Assembly (NCBI GenBank): GCA_964509335.1
Contig: CAZDXB010000005.1
Span: 16,926 to 80,925, forward strand
Length of the DNA stretch: 64,000 nt
Reading direction: 5' to 3'
Origin: an uncultured Hyphomicrobiales bacterium
GTDB taxonomy: Bacteria > Bacteroidota > Ignavibacteria > Kapaibacteriales > UBA2268
Shown: one piece after another, positions 30,079-40,300 of the stretch
Layout: each line of letters starts with the position of its first letter
How positions within the stretch are numbered: the stretch's first letter is position 1
The notes under the pieces: generated by a model
What the model saw: the letters and a program-made list of their open reading frames with translations, nothing else
Told to the model about the DNA's origin: nothing
The model's database searches: none
Made by a program: the position numbers and the translations under genes

Positions 30079-30735
30079 ATGTTTTCTTCTCAGTACGGCT
30101 TTAATCTTAAAAACCTAGACGACGTAGATATATACAAACTAATCAAGCGGCTGTTAATCGAAGAAAAATTCGGCTACGGCGACAAAACCGCTAGGTTGGA
30201 AAAGCTAAAAGAAGAATGCGACTCGCGTAACAAAGAAGATTTATACCAAACCGCCGTAGAAGACGCCGAAGACGAAACAATAAATCTACATAATATGAGA
30301 TTCGCCTCCGGCGGCGAAAGCGTCTCAAAGCTCTCGAATATATCGAGTTATAAATTACTCGAACTGCTCGAACAATCATTCAAAGACAAAGAAGAGTCAA
30401 TTGAACCGGATAAATACTCCAGCGTTTTCGATATTATGGACAGTTTCGAACTAGGTCCCGATTCCTTCATTTGCACAGTTTCGGGCGACTCTATGGTTAA
30501 CGCGAAAATTTACAAAGGAGATTCCTTAATAGCCGACCCTTCCGCTAAACCCGAAGACGGCAAACTAGCGATTGTCTCTATCGACGGAGAAATCTTCGTC
30601 AAACGACTAAAATTTCGCGACGACGACATCTGGCTCGTCTCCGAAAACGAAAACTATCCCAAAGTAAAAGTTTGCGACAACTTCAACTTCAAAATCCTCG
30701 GGATTGTAAAAACAATCGTAAAAAAAGCCGAGTAA
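30079..30735 (+). CDS. S24 (LexA/UmuD/CI-type) serine peptidase domain protein without HTH
   Basis: VSGDSM (Ser codon 30490) and FVKRL (Lys codon 30601), LVSENENYP, ILGIV. Confidence 0.88.
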   Translation: MFSSQYGFNLKNLDDVDIYKLIKRLLIEEKFGYGDKTARLEKLKEECDSRNKEDLYQTAVEDAEDETINLHNMRFASGGESVSKLSNISSYKLLELLEQSFKDKEESIEPDKYSSVFDIMDSFELGPDSFICTVSGDSMVNAKIYKGDSLIADPSAKPEDGKLAIVSIDGEIFVKRLKFRDDDIWLVSENENYPKVKVCDNFNFKILGIVKTIVKKAE

Positions 30736-30886
30736 ATATCGTAAATACGCCCCAATCCACGAATTCTATTACCCTTAAAAATATTAAGAAATCATTAACT
30801 TATTATCATATTAATAAAATATCTTTTTACTTTGCGCTCCTATCGCTATATTTGATTAAGGTTGTTGGAATAAGTTCTTTATTTTT

Positions 30887-31363
30887 ATGGTTGCCGACTT
30901 AATAAAAGTATTACGAAAGAATGAGAACTACGTATTAAAAGAAAAGAGAGAAACGGAAAAATTCGCTGTCGAACTACGCTTTGAATCGATTTCTTTCGAA
31001 GAAGAGGATAACTCCCTTATAGCCAAAATCAGCGTCAAAAATTCTTCTTCGCATTTTGTTGAAATCGAGGATATAGCTTTTATCATTAAAGGCAGGATTA
31101 TTTCGCGAACTCACATCGTAGCTCTCGAAGACGGAGATTTAAAAAGAAATCTCACTTTTAAAACCTCCGACGGAAATATAAAGAAAGCCGTTGCCGGCGA
31201 TTCTTGCCGCGATACTCTTCCGGAAATAGTAACTCTAAAGCCTAACGAGGCGACTTGCGGCTGGGCTTTGTTCCGATTCAAAGACCTCCCCCATTTTGAC
31301 AAAGCCTACATTATGATAAACATAATCGGGGAAATCGGCTATATAGTGGAAGAAATACTGTAA
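30887..31363 (+). CDS. Hypothetical protein (possible Ig-like beta-sandwich)
   Basis: 158-aa ORF followed by a terminator-like hairpin; KISVKN..LKPNEATCGWALF pattern. Confidence 0.65.
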   Translation: MVADLIKVLRKNENYVLKEKRETEKFAVELRFESISFEEEDNSLIAKISVKNSSSHFVEIEDIAFIIKGRIISRTHIVALEDGDLKRNLTFKTSDGNIKKAVAGDSCRDTLPEIVTLKPNEATCGWALFRFKDLPHFDKAYIMINIIGEIGYIVEEIL

Positions 31364-31402
31364 AGCGCCAAAAATCCTCTATATTCAGCTTTTATGTTAT
31401 TA

Positions 31403-31444
31403 TCGCTCCCCGCTAAAACCAATGCGGCGGGGCGACTTTTATTA
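31403..31444 (+). terminator. Probable intrinsic terminator
   Basis: TCGCTCCCCGC...GCGGCGGGGCGA imperfect stem followed by CTTTTATT. Confidence 0.5.
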
Positions 31445-31653
31445 TTGAATTCTAACTGAATTAAGCTAAAATTCTTGACAGTCGTAAAAGCGCGCCTGAC
31501 AACCCCAATCTCTATATTAAAATATATTAATCGTTTTTGACTTGACTAGCGTTTTCTAAACCATATATTATGTAACATATTTTCATTTAAAGAGTTGCTT
31601 CTTTGACATTTTAAAATCAACAAAAAATCGGCAATAAAGGAGGCGATTTAAAG

Positions 31654-31809
31654 ATGAAAGTTCTATTAGTAAAACCGTCGGTTACTGATTTATACAGCAA
31701 GGTGAATATTATCTTTCCGCCGATGGAGCTTATGTCTCTCGCCGCCGTATTAGAAAAGGGAAACAACGATGTTGAAATAGGGTTTTTAATATTTATTTCC
31801 CCGAACTGA
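31654..31809 (+). pseudogene. 5' fragment of a B12-binding (radical SAM-type) gene
   Basis: AGGAGG SD; MKVLLVKPSVTDLYSKVNIIFPPMELMSLAAVLEKGNNDVEI matches the MKVLLV.P...PPLGL..LAA.L...G..V.I start of that family, then runs into repeat DNA and stops. Confidence 0.75.
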
Positions 31810-31876
31810 AGTTCGGGGCTATTGAATAAAACTCGTTATTTTCACTCATTCGATGACTCCAAGTCGTCGGATGAGT
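31780..31876. repeat. REP-like units
   Basis: TATTTCCCCGAACTGAAGTTCGGGGCTATTGAATAAAA (near-identical copy at 45888); 33-bp ACTCA..TGAGT palindrome at 31844-31876. Confidence 0.85.
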
Positions 31877-31960
31877 TGCTCAAAAGCGGAGAATTTAGAG
31901 AGGCTGAATCTTGCGTTTACGCCGCGTTAGCGCTTACGTCCCCGTCCGCTCGCGCTTATC

Positions 31961-32221
31961 CTATTTATTTGCAAGACTGGAATTCGCTCCCGACAAAATA
32001 CTTTCAATTTCCTTCTTCATCCTTTGCCAATGACCGCCCCTCCAATATACCTTATCGCAGCTCTCGCAAATAAAAAATCTATCGTAATACTTTTTCGTTT
32101 TCGGCTCTAATCTGCCTTCGATTTCCTCTTTTTCAATCATTTTCAATTTAGAATTGCAAACCGGACAAACGTTAAACGGATTAATTAAGTTATATAAATC
32201 GAACTTTTTTAAGATTTTATT
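31961..32221 (-). pseudogene. 3' fragment of a Mut7-C RNase-domain gene
   Basis: ILKKFDLYNLINPFNVCPVCNSKL...FFICESCDKVYWRGGHW zinc-ribbon half; in-frame stop at 32222-32224 and no PIN half upstream. Confidence 0.85.
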
Positions 32222-32398
32222 TCAAAAATTAGCGTATCATATAAAGAAGCGCGGGAAACGCTTTATTGGTTAAGGATTTTAAAAGACGCGGATTTTATCG
32301 ACGGCAAACAGTTTAAGTCTCTTGGAAACGACATTAACACGATTTTGAAGATAATAACGAGCATTCAGAAGACAGCTAAGAAAAACAACAATCAGTAA
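32213..32398 (+). pseudogene. 3' fragment of a four-helix-bundle (23S rRNA IVP / Avd-like) gene
   Basis: DFISKISVSYKEARETLYWLRILKDADFI...ILKIITSIQKT; no start codon; short AATTAGT-type repeats downstream. Confidence 0.85.
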
Positions 32399-32472
32399 TT
32401 AGTAATTAAATATGTCGTTCGCTCTACTGAGTTCAATTTCTTCCAATTAGTAATTAATAAAGAAGCGGCGCG

Positions 32473-32946
32473 TTATTCCGCGCTCGCTTCTTCCGTTTTT
32501 TCCTCTTCCTTTTCTTCCGTCTTCTCTTCGGCTTTCTGTTCTTCTTCTTTCTTTTTCGCTTCTTCCTGCTCTTTCAATTTTTGTTCGGATTTTTCCTTTC
32601 TGCGCTCTTTTGATTTGAAGTAACGTTCGCGAGCTCTTTCTTTATGCTCTTTAACCGCTTCTTCAATCTCCACTTGGTTTTTGTCTTTGAAAGCCATCGC
32701 TCTGCGAAGGAGGATTCCTTCTGCGTGTAATAGGCTTTTTACGCGATCGCTTGGTTGCGCTCCGTTGTTCAGCCAATAAACCGCTCTATCAGGGTCGATA
32801 GATATTTTTGACGGAGTTGTGTTCGGGTCGTAATACCCCAATCTTTCGATAAACGCGCCGTCGCGCGGCTTGCGTTTGTCAAGGGCGACTACGTCGTAAA
32901 CGGGGTAATGTCTTTTGCCTTTTCTTCTTAATCTTAATCTTACCAT
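32473..32946 (-). CDS. rpsP: 30S ribosomal protein S16 with charged C-terminal extension
   Basis: MVRLRLRRKG..RDGAFIERLGYYDP..WLNNGAQPSDRV. Confidence 0.98.
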   Translation of the reverse strand: MVRLRLRRKGKRHYPVYDVVALDKRKPRDGAFIERLGYYDPNTTPSKISIDPDRAVYWLNNGAQPSDRVKSLLHAEGILLRRAMAFKDKNQVEIEEAVKEHKERARERYFKSKERRKEKSEQKLKEQEEAKKKEEEQKAEEKTEEKEEEKTEEASAE

Positions 32947-32981
32947 AAAAAATCCTCAATTTATTTTAAAACTATTTATTA

Positions 32982-34319
32982 TCATAAGCCGAAACCTTTC
33001 GGTATGCCGAGGTTTTTGAGCATACGCGATTTTCCGCCTCTCGTAAAATTCTTCATCATTTTGTTCATCTCGTCAAACTGCTTTAACAGCTTGTTTATCT
33101 CTTGCACCTGCGTCCCGCTGCCGTTAGCTATTCTTCTTCTTCTGGAGCCGTTTATTATTTTGGGGTTGTCTCTTTCCTGCTTTGTCATCGACTTTATTAT
33201 CGCTTCGATTCTCCTGAACTGCTTTTCGTCCACGTCCACGTTCTTTAGCTTTTGGCTCATTCCCGGAATCATAGCGATAATATCTTTAATTGACCCCATC
33301 TTCTTTATCGCTTCTAGTTGTTCGAGGAAATCTTCGAAAGTAAAGCGATTTTTTCTGATTTTATTTTCTAATTTTTCGGCTTTTTTCAAGTCGAATTCTG
33401 ATTCGGCTTTTTCCACTAACGTGAGAACGTCTCCCATACCGAGAATTCTCGAAGCGATTCTATCGGGATGGAAAGCCTCGAGCGCGTCGATATTTTCGCC
33501 TACGCTCGCGAATTTAATAGGCTCGCCGACGACTTCCAGAACCGAAAGCGCCGCGCCGCCTCTCGTGTCGCCGTCCAATTTCGTCAAAACGACTCCGGTC
33601 AAACTCAATTTCTCGTTGAAAGCTTTGGCGGTTGTTACGGCGTCTTGACCTATCATAGCGTCGCAAACGAACAAGGTTTCGCTCGGTTCCACCGCTTCGG
33701 CGATACTCTTCGCCTCTTCCATCATTTTTTCGTCGATTGTCGTTCTGCCGGCGGTGTCTATTATTACGACGTCTTTCGCCGTTTTCTTCGCGTTCTTAAC
33801 CGACTCTTTAGCGATTTTTACCGGATTCTTTTTGTCGCCGGTATAAACGTCAACCTTCGCTTGAGAGCCTAAAGCCTCCAATTGGTTAATAGCCGCTGGC
33901 CTGTGAGTGTCGGCGGCGGCGAGCAAGGGTTGGCGTCCCTTTTTCTTAAGGCTGTATGCTAACTTCGCGCAAAAAGTCGTTTTACCGGAACCTTGCAATC
34001 CGGCTACCATAATAACAGTCGGCGGTTTGGGCGAAAAGTTAAGGTCCTTTTGATTCTCGCCCATTATTCGAACTAATTCCTTGTGTACGATTTTTACGAT
34101 TAACTGTTCGGGAAGAACCTTGCCTTTTACCTCGGTTCCAATAGCTTTTTTCTTAACTTCTTTTACGAATTTTTTGGCGACGAGCAGACTCACGTCCGCC
34201 TCTAACAGCGCTCGACGTATCTCGCGCATTGCCGCGGAAGTGTTCTCCTCGGTTATCTTATTCTGCCCTTTAAAACGCTTAAAAGCAGATTCTAACTTTT
34301 CGTTTAACGCCTCAAACAT
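32982..34319 (-). CDS. ffh: Signal recognition particle protein
   Basis: GLQGSGKTT, DTAGR, TKLDGDTRGGAALS, RILGMGD, SRRRRIANGSG; ffh-rpsP synteny. Confidence 0.98.
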   Translation of the reverse strand: MFEALNEKLESAFKRFKGQNKITEENTSAAMREIRRALLEADVSLLVAKKFVKEVKKKAIGTEVKGKVLPEQLIVKIVHKELVRIMGENQKDLNFSPKPPTVIMVAGLQGSGKTTFCAKLAYSLKKKGRQPLLAAADTHRPAAINQLEALGSQAKVDVYTGDKKNPVKIAKESVKNAKKTAKDVVIIDTAGRTTIDEKMMEEAKSIAEAVEPSETLFVCDAMIGQDAVTTAKAFNEKLSLTGVVLTKLDGDTRGGAALSVLEVVGEPIKFASVGENIDALEAFHPDRIASRILGMGDVLTLVEKAESEFDLKKAEKLENKIRKNRFTFEDFLEQLEAIKKMGSIKDIIAMIPGMSQKLKNVDVDEKQFRRIEAIIKSMTKQERDNPKIINGSRRRRIANGSGTQVQEINKLLKQFDEMNKMMKNFTRGGKSRMLKNLGIPKGFGL

Positions 34320-34351
34320 TAAAATTCAGCTAATTTCATAAAAACGAACTA

Positions 34352-34359
34352 CAAAAATA
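34352..34359 (-). promoter_or_regulatory. Possible Bacteroidota-type -7 promoter element for ffh
   Basis: TATTTTTG matches TAnnTTTG about 33 nt upstream of the ffh ATG; the AT-rich context makes a chance match possible. Confidence 0.35.
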
Positions 34360-34482
34360 AATTTTTTTTCGCATCATTCAAAATTATTATTCAATTCGCT
34401 TAAGTTTTCTTTAGACGCGGAAAGTCCAACGACGGAATTATGAAGCGAATTTCGTCAAGATTTCGCGTATATCTATTATGAT

Positions 34483-36438
34483 TTACGAAACGTATTCTTC
34501 TTCGGAGATTACGATGATTTTGTCGCCTTCCGAAAAGAATATCTGATTAGATTTCTTCGGATTAACGATGACGCCGTAGGCTAATATATATTCCTCTCCC
34601 ACCGGCGTTCTGCTCTCTTTGACTTTGTATCCAAGCGCTATTTGATTTCTCTGTCGAGCCGACTCGAGAACAGTATAGAAGTTTACGGGTCTTCCGAGTT
34701 CTACGTAATTTTCCGCCGGCATTATATATATAGCCGGTCCGCCCGCGGTGAATAGTTCTTCGAATACGTATTTAAGTTCTTTATTTTCCGAAATTTGCGA
34801 TAGCATTAAACTGTCCAACTTGACGCTGACGATAAAGTCGTCGGCGTGGGTGATTTCCGCCAGTCTTCTGTTTCTATCGTCGAGCATTTCGCTGACAATC
34901 GAAAAATCGTGTCCTTTGCTTACGGCAATGTCTCGCAAGTGAAGCAGAGTGCTTAAGGTCTTAGCGTCCGTCGTCTGAACGTCGGCTAATTCAGTTTGAC
35001 TTAAAACGATAATGTGATTGTACTGTTCAACTTGTAAATCGTCCAGAATCGACCTATTAGTTGTGTCGCCGAACCAGTAAGAGACCGTTTGGTGCTGAAG
35101 GTCGGAGCAGTTCAGCGATAGTTCGGTCTCCGCTACCGGATTGTCCGAAACTACGGTTACCTTCGAGCCGGGCCAAACGTAATTGTCGAGTTCGTTAATA
35201 ATCAAAGGCGCCCTTCTGTTCCATCCGAGAATCAAAGTGGATTCGGGTTTCGGAGGAACGTATTTTGGCGAAACTCTAATGGCGCCGGGGTCGATTCCGT
35301 ATTCGGTCATTCCCGACAAAACAACCGTGTCGTCGTCTTCTGACACGGCGATTACTTTGTCTCCTTTTTCGATTTTTGTGTTCATCGGCGGTTTAATCAT
35401 TATTCTGCCGCTGTCTTTCCTAACGCCGATAATCGCCGACGTTTCATAGGCGAACATAGCTTCTACGAAAGTTTTGCCAATTATTTTAGGCTCATCTTGG
35501 AAATAAATTTCGTCGCCGCTGAAATCCAATAATTCGGTAAACACTACCGATAGTCCGGGTTGACGGCAAGTTTGAGCGGTAATCCTCGAAATCAAATAAT
35601 CGAATATGACTAATTGAACCTCGTCTTTTCCGGCGATTTCGGCTATCGGGACGTTCTTGGGGTCGCGTATTTCCGCCACAATATGATATTTATGCGGCGC
35701 CGGTCTTCTGTCCGGATTGTTTGCTATAGCCAAAATCGTTTTTATAACCATAGCGTCGGGGTCGCCGGATTCGGGAGCGAGAATAATAATAGACTTCGCC
35801 TCGTGGAGATTAACAATCTCTAAATCGACTAGGTCTATTGGGTTTCCCGTTCTGCAGATGACGCGAGTGTTTTTTAAATTGCCGGCTTTGGATTTAATTT
35901 CGTCTTCCATAAATATTTTGTCTTTGTCGGCAAGCACGGCTATGCTCGGATTCTTCTGGTTTTCGTTTGCTATAACCAATTCGGAGATAATTTGGAAGAC
36001 TTGGAAAGACCAGCCGAGTATAACGGTGTGATTACTTTCAACTACGAACGAACGTCCTTTGCGAAGCTCGTTCATCTTGCGCGATACGCCGCTGTTGACG
36101 ATACCGATTAAAGCGGTTAACATAGATATGCCGCCTATTGTGGCAACAAACATAAAGGCTAAAAATCCAACGTTAATTGGGTCTTCCGATATTACTCCGC
36201 CGTCAAAGGTATGTAACATAGTTACCCAAAGAACGTCGATATAATTGTAATTTTCGCTCGAACGCAAGCCCAAAACTTCCTCGTTCGGCATTGACCCAGT
36301 AATATAAATTATTAACGCCAGAATTATTATCAAAAAGAAAAAGAACGCGAACAGAAGTAATATCGGCGCCATCGTTCCTTTCGACATCAAATTGTCGAAT
36401 CTATATCTAAGCCGTTGCGATAAAGTAACTTTTCCCAT
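34483..36438 (-). CDS. CASTOR/POLLUX-related putative ion channel (copy 1)
   Basis: RLRYRFDN, TM-pore-TM, LRKGRSFVVESNHTVILGW, ELVIANEN, ELLDFSGDEIYF, EDDD; two RCK-like domains. Confidence 0.9.
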   Translation of the reverse strand: MGKVTLSQRLRYRFDNLMSKGTMAPILLLFAFFFFLIIILALIIYITGSMPNEEVLGLRSSENYNYIDVLWVTMLHTFDGGVISEDPINVGFLAFMFVATIGGISMLTALIGIVNSGVSRKMNELRKGRSFVVESNHTVILGWSFQVFQIISELVIANENQKNPSIAVLADKDKIFMEDEIKSKAGNLKNTRVICRTGNPIDLVDLEIVNLHEAKSIIILAPESGDPDAMVIKTILAIANNPDRRPAPHKYHIVAEIRDPKNVPIAEIAGKDEVQLVIFDYLISRITAQTCRQPGLSVVFTELLDFSGDEIYFQDEPKIIGKTFVEAMFAYETSAIIGVRKDSGRIMIKPPMNTKIEKGDKVIAVSEDDDTVVLSGMTEYGIDPGAIRVSPKYVPPKPESTLILGWNRRAPLIINELDNYVWPGSKVTVVSDNPVAETELSLNCSDLQHQTVSYWFGDTTNRSILDDLQVEQYNHIIVLSQTELADVQTTDAKTLSTLLHLRDIAVSKGHDFSIVSEMLDDRNRRLAEITHADDFIVSVKLDSLMLSQISENKELKYVFEELFTAGGPAIYIMPAENYVELGRPVNFYTVLESARQRNQIALGYKVKESRTPVGEEYILAYGVIVNPKKSNQIFFSEGDKIIVISEEEYVS

Positions 36439-36526
36439 AATTCCGTTTTCTATTTATTCATCATCAAAAATTATAAATGTCAAAAAAACAAGTTATTTAA
36501 AATTTATTATAAAACGAAGAAAAATC

Positions 36527-37318
36527 TTACGGTAAATGAATTCTTTTTCTATAAAACCTTGTTTTTCCGATTCTAACTTCGGCGACGTAATCGCCGGAAG
36601 GCATAGGCCTACCCTCGTCGTCTCTGCCGTTCCACTCGAATTTGTGACTGCCGGCGGGCTTGTATCCTTTGAACAGAGTTCTGACGGTTATCGCTTGCAT
36701 AGAGTAAATAACGATTTCAATCTCCTCGGCGTATTTAGTTTTAAAACTAATCACCGGCGAGACGTCCTCGGTTAAGCCTAAAAAAGCTCCTACGTCGGCT
36801 AAGGATACGGAAAAGCCGTTTGTTATTCTATTCGGCATATAGGGAACGTAAAAAGCGTTGTTTATCATCTCCTGCCTCTGCACCAATTCTCTGCCCGTAG
36901 GCTTCAGTATTTCCGGGTCTATATTCATATTGTCGCGAAGGTTGCGGGCGGGAACGTTAGAGCCGTAAAGCTCGGCGAATCTCCTTTCGCGAGAGAACAT
37001 CTCGTAGTCGAACTTTAATCTGGAAATTACTGGAACGTCCATTCTCATCGCTTTGTAATAGACGCTATCTTGATAAGGAGAATATTTTCTATCGTAAGGT
37101 TTTCCCGGTTTGTCAAAATCTGAATCGATTTTTTTTGCGCTGTCTTTTATTACTACCGATTCTTTTTTGTTTCGTTCGGTAGAGTCCATTAGAAACAAAT
37201 TTTTAGAAGTTAAATTGCCGCCGTCGAAAAATAAAAGGAGGATTGTCAACGAAAGCAATACATTTACTATGTGTTTACGTCCTTTTGTCATCTTAACGAA
37301 TATTAGACAGTTTTCCAC
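36527..37318 (-). CDS. Protein with C-terminal FlgD Ig-like domain (start uncertain)
   Basis: IVIYS..VRTL..AGSHKFEWNGRDDEGRPMPSGDYVAEV; N-terminal hydrophobic stretch. Confidence 0.8.
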   Translation of the reverse strand: MENCLIFVKMTKGRKHIVNVLLSLTILLLFFDGGNLTSKNLFLMDSTERNKKESVVIKDSAKKIDSDFDKPGKPYDRKYSPYQDSVYYKAMRMDVPVISRLKFDYEMFSRERRFAELYGSNVPARNLRDNMNIDPEILKPTGRELVQRQEMINNAFYVPYMPNRITNGFSVSLADVGAFLGLTEDVSPVISFKTKYAEEIEIVIYSMQAITVRTLFKGYKPAGSHKFEWNGRDDEGRPMPSGDYVAEVRIGKTRFYRKRIHLP

Positions 37319-37390
37319 GCCTATGTATTATTTATACAACGCCTTGTTCAAAGATAAGAATAAAGCGTAAATAAAAAAAGTTAAGGCGTT

Positions 37391-40300
37391 TTAATAAAAA
37401 ATCAACAGTTTAGTAAACTTGCGTCCCTCGCCGCTTATAACGAGCAGATACGCTCCTTTCGACAAATTCAGCTTTTGGCCGTCTATTTCGAAAATGCATT
37501 CTCCCGCTCTTAGCTCGCCTTCGTGCACGTCGGCTTTAAACGCTCCAAGAATATCGTATAGCGAGATTTTTGTTGACTGCTTGGATTCGACTGTAAGTTT
37601 TATCGTCGTTTTATCGGTAAACGGATTTGGAGCGCACTCCGCCTTAAAGCCATATATAGCGTAATCATCGACCGTTAAAGCGGTGTAAACGTAAGCGGTA
37701 TCGGACATAACCGAGCCGCACTCGTTCATTACTTTGCAGTAATAATCGCCGGAATCCGCCGCGCTTACGTCTTCTTTTATATATTCGTCTGAATTCGCTC
37801 CCTCGATTTCTTCGCCGTCCTTATACCATTGATAGCCAAGTTCTCCTCCTCCATCAGCAGTTAGCGATAAATTCAAAGTCGAGCCGTATTCCAGCGCCGT
37901 TTCTTCTTCGGGTTGCAATTCAATTGTTGGTTTCATAATTACCGTTAAATTGGCTTTTTCCGAATATTCGCTCTTGCCGGCGCCAATATTTTTCACTTCA
38001 AAATGATACTCGCCCAAATCGGTAAACTTGAGGTCTTTTATTAATAGCGCTATAGAATCGGCGCCGATTATTCTATCTCCGTTTTCTAGCGGCTCTTGGT
38101 CTTTATACCATTGGTAATTTACATTTTCCTCGGTTTCGACTACGCTGACTGAAAACATAACGCTGTCGTCCTCGCAAGAGGACTTTGACTCGGGTTGTTT
38201 TTGTATTCTGCCCGGACGCCAGCCTTGACGCCAAAGAGCGTGAACGTTGCACTCCCTGTTGTTGCCGCTAATATCCGCGGAAGTCGCTCCGTTGCCTTCG
38301 TCAAATTGCCAATAGGCTATTAAGTTCTCCTCGTTGCCGTTTAGCTCTTCGAACAGCGACGATTGAATTTCCTCTGAAGAGCGAGCTTTATCCCATAATC
38401 TCGCTTCGTCGATTTTACCGCTGAACGCTTGGTCGTAAACCCATCGATTGCCAATATGTAAATCCTGATTTTCGTTGTTGCGAATCAATCCGGAGCCTTG
38501 ATCGTTAATGATATTCAACTCTTGCTCGACTCCGTTTAAAAACATTTTAACCGTAGAGTCTCCGTCAAAAGCGACGGCTATATGTTGCCATTCGTTGTAT
38601 TTAACCGTCTCGTTGGCGGTTCGAACTTCCGTTCTTGATCTATCTCGGTATATTCTAAATCGGTAAGAGTGATTGTCGTTTAAAAATAAATTTATAAATC
38701 TTTTATCCATTATCCTTCCGTAATTTCCTCTGCCTCTTCCCTTCGGGTATATCCAAGCTTCCACGGTGAATGCGCTGTCTATATTCAAAGTTGAATCTTC
38801 GACGATAACTGTTTCATAATTCTCGTAACTCATAGCGCTTTCGCCGTCGAAAACGTAAGCGTCGCCTTCGGCTGTTTGAGTGGTAATTCCGTTTTCGACC
38901 TCCATATTAATAGTATAATCGCCGGGTTCTTCGTAACTATGAGTTGTATTTTTCTCGTCCGAATCGAACTCGCCGTCGCTTTGGAAATCCCATCGCCTCT
39001 CGGTGATTGGAATCGAAGTATATGATATTTCTTGGAAATCGACCGATAGCAGAGCGTGTCCCGTGTTGGGCTCGAAGCTCATTCTGGCAACAGTATATTC
39101 CATAGGCAAACCGAAGAAGTCCATTATTCGCTTCACTAATTCATAACGCGTGTTCAAAGGAGCTTGGTCGATTAACGCGCTAACGGGATACGTAAAAACG
39201 AAAGATTTCTGCCCGTAGCTCCCTTCGTTTTGGACTGCGACTGTAGCGTAGCCCGGCTCTTCGAAAGCCGCTTTGCCTTCGCCCGGATATAATTTATCGA
39301 TAGAACGCACCTGCCATATATCGAGTCCTTGATATTGTAAACCTTCGGTAATCGTTCCTTGTTTGCCAACTAAAGAACCGGGTTGTTTTGTGTCGCTTCC
39401 GTCTTTAGCGCTATCTAAACCGAGCAGTTCCAATAGCTCTTCGTTCTCCGCTTGGTCGAAGCCTATGCCGTCGGCGGATTCATAGTATAGTTTACCGCCG
39501 CTTCTTAAATAATCAATAATTTTTTCCGCGTTCCAGTCGTTAGTGCGGGTAAAAGGCATCCCCGAACTTAATGTGCCGCAAGATAGAAAGACGGCGTCGA
39601 ATCCGACCATAGAAATAGGATATGTGTTGCTATATAAAACGCCGACGCCTTGGTCTTCGAGAAAATCTCTAATAAAATCGCCGCTGTATCCCGGCGCTTC
39701 CGGATACTCTTCCCAGACAAGGACGCCGCCCGCGGCTATTGGAACTTTAAATTCCATTTGACTGCCAAACGTAATATCCGCGTCTTTCGACTTAACCGTT
39801 AAATACAAATTGGCGTATTTTGACTTGGAAGTTGAGTCGATTTCAATCACGAAATTGCTGGGCAATTCGTTAAAGGCGTCAGCCTCGATTTTTTGCGTAT
39901 GCTTATCCTCGATAATATCTATATCTGGGTCGAGCGATTTCAGAGTAAACTCGACAGAATTCGACGTAGTTATTTGGTCGAAATTCCTTATTAAAAAGCC
40001 TAATCTAATTTTTTCGCCGGGTTCTATTGCCTTATTGTTATTAGCTAAACTGTCGTCCGCGTAAACCGTGATTAAATCAAGCTTTAGCTTCTTCGGTATG
40101 TCCGGCGTGTTTTCAGTTAACGCTTTATACGGATTTACTCTTCCCATACCCAAATCATTTACGTAGTCGGGGTTTAAAGAATCGATATCGTCGGCGTTGC
40201 CGAGTATTTGTCTAATAATAAGGTCGTTGCCCCAGTGCGGGAAACGCGCTTTTAATAAAGCGAAAACTCCCGCCGCCGCCGGAGAAGCCATAGAAGTGCC

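Noticed and set aside
30076-30081. Genome-wide stop-codon reassignment suggested by in-frame TAG-ATG
   Set aside because: TAG terminates conserved genes at expected lengths (e.g. dapA) and long genes are uninterrupted under the standard code.
28896-30735. Intact prophage
   Set aside because: Only regulators are present; no integrase, transposase, terminase, structural or lysis genes and no att repeats seen.
32213-32398. Diversity-generating retroelement (Avd-like protein)
   Set aside because: Only a fragment; no reverse transcriptase and no TR/VR pair with adenine-specific mismatches noticed.
34320-34482. SRP RNA or tRNA near ffh
   Set aside because: No SRP domain IV motif or tRNA arms recognised here or in other spacers; a covariance search would be needed to exclude them fully.
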